64,000 nucleotides of DNA from a bacterium. GTDB taxonomy: Bacteria > SM23-31. Below the pieces are notes generated by a model. It saw nothing but the letters and a program-made list of their open reading frames with translations. It was not told the DNA's origin and ran no database searches. Shown here in pieces: positions 53,258 through 62,955 of the stretch. Positions within the stretch are counted from its first letter, which is position 1; every line of letters starts with the position of its first letter. The stretch spans positions 2,112,001-2,176,000 of the forward strand of contig OZ252239.1 in assembly GCA_965249485.1 (NCBI GenBank), given 5' to 3'. The translations under genes were made by a program, and so were the position numbers.

Positions 53258-53526
53258 GCTGTGCTAAATGGGGAGCTAGCGGTGCCCTGTAACCTGCAAT
53301 CCGCTTTAGCAGGATTGAATTCCCGACTGAGGCTATGATACCATGTTTGCATGGTTCTGTAAGCGGTTTTGATGGTGCGAGTCTTGCGTAGATAGGAATG
53401 TTGAACTCCGTCAGGACCGGAAGGGAGCAGCGGTAAGCATGATTCTATACTGCCGCGAGGGAGCTTGGCCGGAGCTGGCTGCAGCGCCGGCAATCATGTC
53501 TATCTGGTCAAAGAAGGGTGCGCAGC
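53258..53526 (+). ncRNA. ffs: Large bacterial signal recognition particle RNA (Alu plus S domains)
   Basis: Terminal pairing GCTGTGC/GCGCAGC; Alu-type GGGGAGCTAGCGGTGCCCTGTAACCTGCAATCCGCT; helix 8 TCAGGACCGGAAGGGAGCAGC; upstream of dnaX. Confidence 0.92.
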
Positions 53527-53546
53527 TTAATTTTCCTTAGTGAACT

Positions 53547-55295
53547 ATGGCATATCAGGTTTTAGCACGAAAATGGCGACCACTTTCATTTGAGGATGTG
53601 GTCAATCAAGAACACGTCAAAACGACGCTCATCAATGCGATTCAGGCAAAACGAATTGCCCATTCCTATATATTTGCCGGCCCCCGCGGTGTTGGAAAAA
53701 CAACCATTGCTCGCATTCTCGCACGAGCTGTAAACTGCGAAAAAGGACCGACTCCTACGCCATGCAATACCTGTACTCCTTGTCAGGAGATCATCGAAGA
53801 CCGAAGTATGGATGTTATGGAAATTGACGGTGCATCCAATCGGGGTATCGAAGATGTTCGGAATATTAGAGAAAATGTCAAATATGCACCAGTTCATGGC
53901 AAATACAGGGTTTATATCATCGACGAAGTGCATATGTTAACGAGAGAGGCATTTAATGCACTCCTCAAAACACTCGAAGAGCCTCCTGAACATGTTATGT
54001 TCATTTTTGCTACAACTGAATTTCAAAAGATTCCCGCAACAATCATATCACGGTGTCAGCGGTTTGATTTCAAAAGAATAGCGATACAGGAAATGGTTTT
54101 ACAGCTTCATAAAATATGCAATGCAGAAAAGATATCTATCACCGAAGAAGCATTGATTTTTCTTTCCAAACGATCTGATGGCAGTATGCGTGATGCGGAG
54201 AGTTTGCTCGACCAACTCATCTCTTTCTGCGGTCAATCCATCAGTGCTGATGATGTGTTTGATGTGTTGGGTATGATTAGGGAAGACATCTACTTCTCCT
54301 GTTCCGAAGCAATGATCAATGGAAAGGTGTCAGAAGGATTTTCAATCGCCCGAAAAATTTTCGATGATGGTTTCGATCCGGGTGAGTTTGTTAACGGACT
54401 GCTTGAGCATTTTCGGAATATTCTCATAACAAATATTTCCGGGAATGCTGATATGGTCGATACGTCCGAACTTTTCAAGAAGAAATATCAAGAAGCAGCA
54501 CATAATATTTCAGACGCTGACATTTTAAGGGTTGTAAATATTATTGCCGAAGCGGAGTATACCATCAAGAAAAGTGCGCAACCATTACTGCGCCTTGAAG
54601 TGCTCCTTACCAAACTGATAACGCTTGACCGTTCAATAAGTATTCAACAGGTTTTAAATGCAATAGATAACGAGGGGAATGCAAAAGGAGTTGTAACTTC
54701 CAATCATAAAACCGTCAATGCTGACCGACAAAAATCTGAACATGAGCCGGAAAAATCAGAGATTGATCCCCCAACAAGAGATGAATCTGAAAAAAAAAAC
54801 GACAAACATGATCATGTTGAAACAATAACTCAGAAAGAGATAATAGCTGAAATTGAACCTGAAGAACAAAGTGGTTTTTCCGGTAATGGATCTCAACTGA
54901 ATCTCACAATTATAAAAGAGCGCTGGAGTGAATTTATTGATATGGCACTCAATGAAAGTGCCGTGACCGGATCGTATTTGAAAGAAGGTAATCCCTCAAG
55001 TTTTGAAGAGAATGTTATTCAAATATCATTTAGGCCTGAATATGAGTTTAATATCCACTCTCTCAAACGAAACCATACACGGGTTAATAAAATGTTTGAA
55101 AAAATGTTTGGTCCGGATATTGGATTCAACTGTGTAATAATTGAACTGACCGAAGAGGAGAAAAAGCAAAGTGCAAAAAGGTTGGTGCAAGTTTCAATGG
55201 AAGACAAAATTAAGAAAATTATCGAACGGGAACCAATAATACAGTCAATAATTGAACAATTTGGCGCAACTCCCGTAAGACTTGTACAGGAATAA
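53547..55295 (+). CDS. dnaX: DNA polymerase III subunit gamma/tau
   Basis: YQVLARKWRP, GPRGVGKTT, Zn-binding Cys, EIDGASNRG, IIDEVHML, SRCQRF. Confidence 0.98.
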   Translation: MAYQVLARKWRPLSFEDVVNQEHVKTTLINAIQAKRIAHSYIFAGPRGVGKTTIARILARAVNCEKGPTPTPCNTCTPCQEIIEDRSMDVMEIDGASNRGIEDVRNIRENVKYAPVHGKYRVYIIDEVHMLTREAFNALLKTLEEPPEHVMFIFATTEFQKIPATIISRCQRFDFKRIAIQEMVLQLHKICNAEKISITEEALIFLSKRSDGSMRDAESLLDQLISFCGQSISADDVFDVLGMIREDIYFSCSEAMINGKVSEGFSIARKIFDDGFDPGEFVNGLLEHFRNILITNISGNADMVDTSELFKKKYQEAAHNISDADILRVVNIIAEAEYTIKKSAQPLLRLEVLLTKLITLDRSISIQQVLNAIDNEGNAKGVVTSNHKTVNADRQKSEHEPEKSEIDPPTRDESEKKNDKHDHVETITQKEIIAEIEPEEQSGFSGNGSQLNLTIIKERWSEFIDMALNESAVTGSYLKEGNPSSFEENVIQISFRPEYEFNIHSLKRNHTRVNKMFEKMFGPDIGFNCVIIELTEEEKKQSAKRLVQVSMEDKIKKIIEREPIIQSIIEQFGATPVRLVQE

Positions 55296-55379
55296 ATTAT
55301 AGACCTGATTACCGCACTTAATTTTCACTGGTCTTACGAATACATTAGAATTACTCAATAGCAGAATGAGAGGCATCAC

Positions 55380-55721
55380 ATGAAACCCAATATGTCAGCA
55401 CTGCTCAAACAAGCACAGAAAATGCAGGAGCAATTATCGAAAGCACAAGAGGAGTTAGATAGTCTTAAAGCTGAAGGAACGTCTGGCGGAGGAATGATTA
55501 AAGTAATTGCTAATGGCAAGCAGGAAATTGAATCGGTTAAAATTGATCCTGAAGTTATAGATGCTGAAGATCCGGAGATGCTCGAGGATCTGATAATGGC
55601 TGCAGTAAATCAAGCAATTGAAAAAGCCGGTGAAATGGCACGAGAACATATGAACAGCATGACAGGTGGGATGTTAGGTGGAATGCCTGACGGCATGAAA
55701 ATGCCCGGAATAAATATGTAG
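55380..55721 (+). CDS. ybaB: YbaB/EbfC nucleoid-associated protein
   Basis: KQAQKMQ, GTSGGGMIKV, EMLEDLIMAAVN; synteny with dnaX and recR. Confidence 0.95.
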   Translation: MKPNMSALLKQAQKMQEQLSKAQEELDSLKAEGTSGGGMIKVIANGKQEIESVKIDPEVIDAEDPEMLEDLIMAAVNQAIEKAGEMAREHMNSMTGGMLGGMPDGMKMPGINM

Positions 55722-55746
55722 GTGACTATTTGTATATATCAAAGAG

Positions 55747-55782
55747 GAGGTGTGATGTTCCGTGAATATCATGCCTCTTTTT
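55747..55782 (+). terminator. 14-bp hairpin plus U5 between ybaB and recR
   Basis: GAGGTGTGATGTTC-cgt-GAATATCATGCCTC-TTTTT. Confidence 0.55.
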
Positions 55783-55812
55783 GGATAAAATTTTTTGAGA
55801 GAACTATACAGC

Positions 55813-56412
55813 ATGAACAGCTTGCCGAACAGTCTGGAAAGACTCATTAAAGAATTTACCCGTTTACCGGGAATCGGAAGAAAAACGGCACAGCGGCTCG
55901 CATTTAATATTCTGAAACGTCCGAGAGAGGAAGCAATTGTATTCGCAAAAGCTCTCGTTGAAGTTAAGGATTCAATTCAATTTTGCAGTGAATGCTTCAA
56001 TTTCTCCGAAAATGACCTTTGTCAGATTTGTTCAAATCCAGGCAGGGAAAGTTCGGTAATATGTGTAGTAGAACAGGCCAGCGATATTGCACTAATCGAA
56101 AAGCCGGGTCTATTTAAAGGAAAATACCATGTTCTTGGGGAACTGCTCTCGCCTTTAAACGGGATTGGCCCAGAAGATATACACGTCAAAGAGCTACTCC
56201 AGAGAGTCGGCAACAACGTATCTGAAATTATAATTGCCCTGAACACAAGTGTCGAGGGAGAAGCGACAACACTCTACATAACCAGGCTTCTCAGACCGGT
56301 AGGGATATATATTTCCCGGCTGGCTCAGGGACTCCCTGCGGGAAGTGAATTGGAATTTGCCGATGAGCTGACCCTTGCAAAGGCGCTCGAAGGCCGTGTA
56401 GAAATCTCCTGA
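55813..56412 (+). CDS. recR: Recombination mediator RecR
   Basis: LPGIGRKTAQRLA, C4 zinc finger, ICVVE, YHVLG, EGEAT Toprim motifs. Confidence 0.97.
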   Translation: MNSLPNSLERLIKEFTRLPGIGRKTAQRLAFNILKRPREEAIVFAKALVEVKDSIQFCSECFNFSENDLCQICSNPGRESSVICVVEQASDIALIEKPGLFKGKYHVLGELLSPLNGIGPEDIHVKELLQRVGNNVSEIIIALNTSVEGEATTLYITRLLRPVGIYISRLAQGLPAGSELEFADELTLAKALEGRVEIS

Positions 56413-56546
56413 GCTACCCTCGTAAAATCATCCCTCACAATACTATTTCAATCTCTATACACACCCGAACAGTCCCCGTAATTTATTGCTTATTGAATGT
56501 TAATTCTTTATATTAATTAATTTAAATGTTTTAGAAAACTGCGTAT

Positions 56547-58106
56547 ATGTACCAATTTAAAATACTCTGGGCAGATGATGAAATTGAGATGCTGAAACCT
56601 CATATCCTTTTTCTCAAGGAAAAAGGATATGAAGTGACATCGGTTAATAATGGAGACGATGCCGTTGAGGAAGCACGCAGCAATCTCTATGATCTCATTA
56701 TGCTCGATGAAATGATGCCCGGTAAAGATGGCCTTACTGCGCTTTCTGAAATTCGTGATTTCAATCCTTCTGTTCCCATTGTCATGGTGACAAAGAACGA
56801 AGAAGAACAGTTAATGGAAGATGCGATCGGGAAGAAAATCACCGACTATTTGACGAAACCGGTTAATCCGAGTCAGATACTATTGACGTTAAAAAAGATT
56901 TTTGACACAAAAAAGATTGCTCAAAACAGATTGTCCAGGCATTATACGCAGGAATTTGCCACAATATCCCAACAAATAAATGGAGAATTGACAGCAGAGG
57001 AATGGACAGACATTTATCTGAATATTACGGATTGGGAGATGGAACTCGAGCAATTTCCGGAACTTGGATTTCAGCAAACAGTCGATGCACTGCATAAAGA
57101 GTGCAACGTCAATTTTTCTCGATTTTACGAGAGATATTATCGCGAATGGATTCAGAGTGCTCAGCGGCCCTTTTTTTCAGTCGATGTTTTTCCTAATTGG
57201 GTATTTCCGCATCTGAAAGAGGGTAGAAAAGTTGTTTTTATCCTTCTTGACTGTTTAAGAGCTGATCAGTGGCTTGCTATGGAACCGTATCTTCTTGATT
57301 ATTTTAAAATTAAACGAGACTATTACTATTCTATTCTGCCGACTGCAACACCCTATTCACGAAATGGGATTTTCAGCGGCTATTTTCCTCGAGAGATCGA
57401 ACAGAAAATGCCCGATCTCTGGCAGAAAAACGAAGAAGATGAATTCAGCAGCAATCGATTTGAACATCAGTTCCTTGATGGGTTGATCAAGCGGAGCAAT
57501 ATTGGGAATACAATCTCAACACGCTATGTGAAAATCCTTGATGCGGCAGAGGCAAAATCAACTGAAAAACATCTCAATTCGTATATCCAGCACGATCTCT
57601 TTTGTATGGTCATCAATTTTGTCGATATACTCGCACACAAACGGAGTGAATCGGATATATTGAAAGAGCTTGCGCCAAATGAATCTGCCTACCGTTCGTT
57701 AATCAAGTCATGGTTTGAACATTCCAATTTATTATCAATGCTCAGGTCCCTTGCTTCGGAAGGCAACACCATTGTTTTGACTACCGATCATGGCTGTATT
57801 CGAGGTAAGCGCGCAACACAGATAATTGGTGATAAAGAAACTTCAACAAGCTTGCGGTATAAATTCGGGCGGAATTTAAAATGTAATCCGAAGCACGTCA
57901 TGCATATTAAAAATCCACCGGAGTATCAGTTGCCGCAGCGCGGTGTCAATACACATTACCTCATAGCAAAAGAGGACTATTATTTGATTTATCCGAAAAA
58001 TTATAATCAATACGCAGCAAAATATTACGATTGTTTTCATCATGGTGGAATATCGTTGGAGGAAGTCATTCTTCCTATTATTACTTTAGAAGGTCAGCAG
58101 CGGTGA
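56547..58106 (+). CDS. porX: PorX-like response regulator (receiver plus PglZ/alkaline phosphatase domain)
   Basis: ILWADDEIEMLKPH, LDEMMPG, MVTKNEEE, DYLTKPVNPSQI, LPTATPYSRN, TTDHG, HGGISLEE; followed by tsaE. Confidence 0.92.
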   Translation: MYQFKILWADDEIEMLKPHILFLKEKGYEVTSVNNGDDAVEEARSNLYDLIMLDEMMPGKDGLTALSEIRDFNPSVPIVMVTKNEEEQLMEDAIGKKITDYLTKPVNPSQILLTLKKIFDTKKIAQNRLSRHYTQEFATISQQINGELTAEEWTDIYLNITDWEMELEQFPELGFQQTVDALHKECNVNFSRFYERYYREWIQSAQRPFFSVDVFPNWVFPHLKEGRKVVFILLDCLRADQWLAMEPYLLDYFKIKRDYYYSILPTATPYSRNGIFSGYFPREIEQKMPDLWQKNEEDEFSSNRFEHQFLDGLIKRSNIGNTISTRYVKILDAAEAKSTEKHLNSYIQHDLFCMVINFVDILAHKRSESDILKELAPNESAYRSLIKSWFEHSNLLSMLRSLASEGNTIVLTTDHGCIRGKRATQIIGDKETSTSLRYKFGRNLKCNPKHVMHIKNPPEYQLPQRGVNTHYLIAKEDYYLIYPKNYNQYAAKYYDCFHHGGISLEEVILPIITLEGQQR

Positions 58107-58522
58107 AAGAGGTCTTATCAAAGAATCTGGACGATACTGCTCGTATAGCACGGGATATTGCTGGAACGATTCAAGGGGGAGATATTGTAGCTTTTAATGG
58201 TGAGCTTGGAGCAGGAAAAACAGCAATTATTAAAGAAATATGTAAAGCACTGGGTGTAAAGGATCTGGTGACCAGTCCCACATATACATTAATGAATATT
58301 TATTCAGGGAGTTTTCATGTTCTCCATATTGACTGTTACCGAATACGGTCTTCGGCTGAAGCTGAAATGCTGGGACTTGACGATTATTTTAATAAAGAAT
58401 ACGTGATTTTAATTGAGTGGGCTGAAAAGATTAAACCGATTTTACCGCCTGCAACAACGTATGTCAATATGTCACATATTTCCGATCAGCCAAAATGGCG
58501 GAAAATAGTTATAAGTGATTAA
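58103..58522 (+). CDS. tsaE: tRNA t6A biosynthesis ATPase TsaE
   Basis: GELGAGKT, VTSPTYTL, HIDCYR, LIEWAE; GTG start overlaps the porX stop. Confidence 0.95.
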   Translation: MKEVLSKNLDDTARIARDIAGTIQGGDIVAFNGELGAGKTAIIKEICKALGVKDLVTSPTYTLMNIYSGSFHVLHIDCYRIRSSAEAEMLGLDDYFNKEYVILIEWAEKIKPILPPATTYVNMSHISDQPKWRKIVISD

Positions 58523-59208
58523 TGAATATACTTGGAATTGATACCTCAACATCTCTTTGTAGTGTCAGCATAACCGGCAGAGACATCGGAACAATTGAAA
58601 AATGCGAAGAACTGGAAAGAAACGTTAACGAAAAGATTTTCATTCACATTGCCGCTCTGTTTAAGGAAGCGGGTATAAAAGCTAAATCACTTGATGGAAT
58701 CGCCGTCAATAGAGGGCCGGGTTCTTTTATGGGTATGCGAGTCGGAATGAGCATAGCAAAAGGATTTGCTCATAGTTTATCGGTTCCGATTATCGGTATT
58801 ACGTCGTTTGAATTATTAGCATATAATGTAAATAAAGAGCAGTTTCCCGTATGTTGCGTTGTTCCAATTAAGAATGAAAAAGTGTCGTATGCGATTTTCT
58901 CCGATGCTGAATCAATTTCAAGTCATGAAGCGGGAGCACTTGGAACGTGGACCGATGTTGTTGATATGTGTGATGCGGCCAAGACACTTTGTGGGGATAT
59001 TCCTGAAGAATATCAGAAGAAGTTAAAGCATATCTGTTCATCAGAGTTGGACCTAATAGTAAGGAAGCAGAGTGCGCAAAGCATTGCTGAAGCCGGATTG
59101 AAAAAGCTGTCAAAGGGAATAAACGACGATCTTGAGATTCTTACTCCGATATATATGCAAGAAATATCGTTTCGCGCACAATCGGTAGTAAAAGGGCTAC
59201 AGCAATGA
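58522..59208 (+). CDS. tsaB: tRNA t6A biosynthesis protein TsaB
   Basis: ILGIDTST, GPGSFMGMRVG..AKG, P.Y C-terminus. Confidence 0.93.
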   Translation: MNILGIDTSTSLCSVSITGRDIGTIEKCEELERNVNEKIFIHIAALFKEAGIKAKSLDGIAVNRGPGSFMGMRVGMSIAKGFAHSLSVPIIGITSFELLAYNVNKEQFPVCCVVPIKNEKVSYAIFSDAESISSHEAGALGTWTDVVDMCDAAKTLCGDIPEEYQKKLKHICSSELDLIVRKQSAQSIAEAGLKKLSKGINDDLEILTPIYMQEISFRAQSVVKGLQQ

Positions 59209-59721
59209 TAGATTTAAATGCCGCCAAACACAATTCACTTGTCGGTAAATATTCAGCCGGTTTGAAATTAGACGATTCTTCGGTTCGTATGCGCATTATG
59301 TGTGCTGACGATGTAAAAGTTATTGCGGCATTAGAGCAAAAAGTGTTTTCATCACCATGGTCCTTGAAAAGTATACAATCATTTTTTGACTATTCCGGCA
59401 GAGGATTTGCGCATGTTTGTGAGAATGATTCTGCAGTGGTCGGATATGCGTTTAACGTGCTGGTTGCTGATGAACTTCACATTCTGAATGTTGCGGTGGA
59501 TGAGAAGTACCGTAGGCAGGGGTACGGTCAATATATTGTTGAGTTTATTGTAGAGAGTGCAAGAAGCAACGGTGCGATATACGCGTATCTCGAATTGCGG
59601 GAATCGAACGAAGCTGCCATAAATCTTTACAAGAAAATTGGAATTTTTCTTAATAGATGTGCGTAAAAATTATTATTCTGAAACGTCAGAGAATGCTCTC
59701 ATTATGATGAAAGTCTTATAA
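59205..59721 (+). CDS. rimI: Ribosomal-protein-alanine N-acetyltransferase RimI (1-bp frameshift near the C-terminus)
   Basis: SPWS, ELHILNVAV..YRRQGYG, LELRESNEAAINLY; removing one A at about 59643 restores GFFLIDVRKNYYSETSENALIMMKVL* ending at 59721. Confidence 0.88.
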
Positions 59722-59734
59722 ATGAGGAAATTAT

Positions 59735-60613
59735 ATGGCATGGTTTAAAAGAACAAAAGATGGGTTGTCGACTGACAAAAAAAAAGACATCCCAGAAGGA
59801 CTCTGGCTTAAATGCGATGGTTGCGGTGATATTATTTATAAGCCTGAAGTAGAGAAAAATATCGGCATCTGCACAAAATGTCAGTACCACTTTAAAATAT
59901 CCAGCATTGAATATATTAATTTTCTTCTCGATGAAGGGAGTTTTCAGGAGTTCGATTCGACGCTGAGAACAGCCGATCCTTTGAATTTTAAGGACAAAAA
60001 GAAGTACTCCGACCGGATTAAAGCGGCTAAAAAGTCGACCGGCCTTAATGAAGCCATACGCACAGGGTATGGTAGTATGAATGGCAATACGGTTATAGTG
60101 GGAGTGATGGATTTTGACTTTATCGGCGGAAGCATGGGATCTGTTGTCGGTGAAAAAATTAAACGCGCCATCGATAGAGCAATTGAAACAGGATTTCCCC
60201 TGATCATTGTGTCCGCCTCGGGTGGAGCACGGATGATGGAAGGAATTCTTTCTCTTATGCAAATGGCGAAGACAAGCTCACGCTTAGCACAGCTATCAAG
60301 CAAGAAAGGTTTGTATATATCAATTTTAACAAATCCCACAATGGCAGGTGTCATGGCAAGCTATGCAATGCTTGGAGATGTAATCATTGCAGAACCCGAT
60401 GCGCTTATCGGATTTGCAGGGCCACGGGTTATCAAGCAGACAATAGGTGAGGATCTACCAGAGGGATTCCAGCGCTCTGACTTTTTACAGGAGCGTGGTT
60501 TTATTGATATGGTTGTACCGCGTTCTAACATGCGAAACAGAGTATTGGAATTAATTGAGTTTTTTGAGAATGGAAGCAATGAAAACGAAACCAAGCATTC
60601 TATTAACGAATGA
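59735..60613 (+). CDS. accD: Acetyl-CoA carboxylase carboxyltransferase beta subunit
   Basis: PEGLWLKC zinc finger, FIGGSMGSVVGEK, SGGARMMEG, GFAGPRVI, LPEGFQ. Confidence 0.97.
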   Translation: MAWFKRTKDGLSTDKKKDIPEGLWLKCDGCGDIIYKPEVEKNIGICTKCQYHFKISSIEYINFLLDEGSFQEFDSTLRTADPLNFKDKKKYSDRIKAAKKSTGLNEAIRTGYGSMNGNTVIVGVMDFDFIGGSMGSVVGEKIKRAIDRAIETGFPLIIVSASGGARMMEGILSLMQMAKTSSRLAQLSSKKGLYISILTNPTMAGVMASYAMLGDVIIAEPDALIGFAGPRVIKQTIGEDLPEGFQRSDFLQERGFIDMVVPRSNMRNRVLELIEFFENGSNENETKHSINE

Positions 60614-61355
60614 TGACGGAATACATGCGCCGGGATTGAAAGCCCTCTATGAGGCACTTGTAACTCTCGGTGATTGTACTGTAATTGCTCCCGATCAAGA
60701 ACGGAGTGGAACAGGTCATGCTATTACTTATAAATCGCCTATTCAAGTTCGTAAATCAGAAAATGATTTTAAAGGTAACGGTTGGGCAATATCTGGCACT
60801 CCTGCGGATTGTGTGAAATTTGGTGTAAAGAAAATATATGAACGCAAACCGGATTTACTGGTGTCAGGGATAAATCCGGGTCCCAATACAGCAATTGATG
60901 CGCTCTATTCGGGTACGGTAGCAGGTGCAGCCGAAGGAGGATTGATGAATATCCCTTCTTTTGCAATTTCGATAACCTCAACCGAATGTCAGGACTTTTC
61001 TGTTGCTGCCGAATATGCTGTAAGTTTAGCTGAAAAGCTTTTGGAAAATGGGCTGCCTGACTACACATTTCTGAATGTAAATGTGCCCAATTTGCCACGT
61101 GAGCAGATTGCAGGAATCAGAATTACGCGGCAAGCAAAAACTCGGTACAAAGAGTTTTATGAGCATCACAGTGGCAATTCAAATGGTACCTATTATTGGC
61201 TCCGCGGTGATAAAATAATATTAGAGGAATCCGAAGATTCGGATGAATCAGCTATTCAGAAAAACTATATTGCGATCACACCGCTCCAACATGATATGAC
61301 AGATTACAGTGCGCTGGAATTTCTCCGTTCCTGGGATTTTTCAGATAGAAAGTAA
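60579..61355 (+). CDS. surE: 5'/3'-nucleotidase SurE
   Basis: ILLTNDDGIHAPG, GTPADCV, VSGINPG, YSGTVAGA, ITPL. Confidence 0.96.
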   Translation: MKTKPSILLTNDDGIHAPGLKALYEALVTLGDCTVIAPDQERSGTGHAITYKSPIQVRKSENDFKGNGWAISGTPADCVKFGVKKIYERKPDLLVSGINPGPNTAIDALYSGTVAGAAEGGLMNIPSFAISITSTECQDFSVAAEYAVSLAEKLLENGLPDYTFLNVNVPNLPREQIAGIRITRQAKTRYKEFYEHHSGNSNGTYYWLRGDKIILEESEDSDESAIQKNYIAITPLQHDMTDYSALEFLRSWDFSDRK

Positions 61356-61394
61356 TACTACACGTAACGTGGGAACTATTCAATTATTGATTTT

Positions 61395-62930
61395 ATGCAT
61401 GAGACAATAGTAATTCTCGATTTTGGTTCGCAATACACACAGCTCATCGCCCGAAAAGTGCGAGAGCACAACGTGTATTGCGAGATCTATCCGTATAATG
61501 TTCCGCTTGATAAATTATATGCAAAAGAACCGAAAGGAATTATTCTTTCAGGCGGGCCGATGAGTCTTTATGAGGATAATTCACCTCATGTTGACCCGAA
61601 ACTTTTTACTTTTGATGTCCCATTTCTTGGGATATGTTACGGAATGGGTATACTTGCCCACAATTTCAAGGGAGTAACTGCTGGTTCTCCGAAACGTGAA
61701 TTCGGCAGGGCACAGTTCGAAGTAATTCATAATTCTGATCTTTTTTCATCAATCAATAAAAAATCTGAAGTCTGGATGAGTCATGGAGATAAACTTGAGT
61801 CTCTGCCGGATGGATTTGAAATAATTGGCCGAACGTCAAATGCTCCAATAGCTGCTATCAGGAGTAGTGAAAAGCGGATGTACGGAATCCAGTTCCATCC
61901 TGAAGTTCACCACACAATCGAAGGTTCAGAAATTCTGAGCAACTACCTTTTCAAAATCTGTAACCTTAAAGCAGACTGGACACCAAAATCGTTTGTTGAA
62001 GAATCTATTGATTCGATTAGGAGACAGGTTGGAAACAGTAAGGTTGTTTGTGGACTGAGCGGAGGAGTCGATTCCTCTGTTGCGGCAGTACTGATTAACA
62101 AAGCGATATGTGATCAGTTAACCTGCGTTTTTGTTGACAACGGTTTGTTGCGAAGCGGTGAACGAAAGCAGGTTGAAGATACTTTCCGGGAAAATTTTCA
62201 TATGGATCTCCGAGTTGTTGACGGCAGAGATGAATTTTTAGGCACACTTGCCGGTATAACCGATCCCGAGAAAAAAAGGAAGGTAATCGGAAAAGTATTT
62301 ATTGAACTTTTTGAAAAAGAGGCAAAAAGTATTGGCAATGTTGATTTTCTTGCACAGGGGACACTTTATCCGGATTTAATCGAGAGTGTTTCCTTCAAAG
62401 GTCCATCAGCTACTATCAAAAGCCACCATAACGTTGGCGGGCTGCCTGAAAAAATGGATCTGAAACTCGTCGAACCGCTCCGGGAGTTGTTCAAAGATGA
62501 AGTGAGAAAAGTCGGTGCGCAGATTGGAATTCCGGATGCAATACTCAAACGGCATCCTTTCCCGGGACCTGGACTTGCGGTACGTATATTAGGTGACATA
62601 ACTGAAGAAAAGCTCGATTTGCTTCGGCAAGCAGACAAAATTTTTATTGACGAACTTTACAATTCGGGTATCTATGATGAAATCTGGCAAGCTTTGACTG
62701 TATTACTACCAGTAAAGTCTGTGGGTGTTATGGGTGATTTTAGAACGTATGAGCAAACAGTAGTTCTCCGTGCAGTTACCAGTGTGGATGGAATGACTGC
62801 TGAATGGTACCCAATGAAACATGAGATTTTAGCACAGATATCGAGTAAAATTATCAATGAAGTAAAAGGAATAAACCGGGTGGTATATGATGTTAGCTCC
62901 AAACCGCCAAGCACGATTGAATGGGAATAA
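61395..62930 (+). CDS. guaA: GMP synthase (glutamine-hydrolyzing)
   Basis: LDFGSQYTQLIAR, GICYG, QFHPEV, SGGVDSSV, IKSHHNVGGLP, RHPFPGPGL, KPPSTIEWE. Confidence 0.98.
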   Translation: MHETIVILDFGSQYTQLIARKVREHNVYCEIYPYNVPLDKLYAKEPKGIILSGGPMSLYEDNSPHVDPKLFTFDVPFLGICYGMGILAHNFKGVTAGSPKREFGRAQFEVIHNSDLFSSINKKSEVWMSHGDKLESLPDGFEIIGRTSNAPIAAIRSSEKRMYGIQFHPEVHHTIEGSEILSNYLFKICNLKADWTPKSFVEESIDSIRRQVGNSKVVCGLSGGVDSSVAAVLINKAICDQLTCVFVDNGLLRSGERKQVEDTFRENFHMDLRVVDGRDEFLGTLAGITDPEKKRKVIGKVFIELFEKEAKSIGNVDFLAQGTLYPDLIESVSFKGPSATIKSHHNVGGLPEKMDLKLVEPLRELFKDEVRKVGAQIGIPDAILKRHPFPGPGLAVRILGDITEEKLDLLRQADKIFIDELYNSGIYDEIWQALTVLLPVKSVGVMGDFRTYEQTVVLRAVTSVDGMTAEWYPMKHEILAQISSKIINEVKGINRVVYDVSSKPPSTIEWE

Positions 62931-62955
62931 TTAATCTACAGACAGACTATACTCA

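Noticed and set aside
53239..53493. 84-aa minus-strand ORF
   Set aside because: Antisense shadow of the SRP RNA
56547..58106. BREX defence system suggested by the PglZ domain
   Set aside because: The domain is fused to a receiver in the porX-tsaE context, and no brx/pgl genes are adjacent
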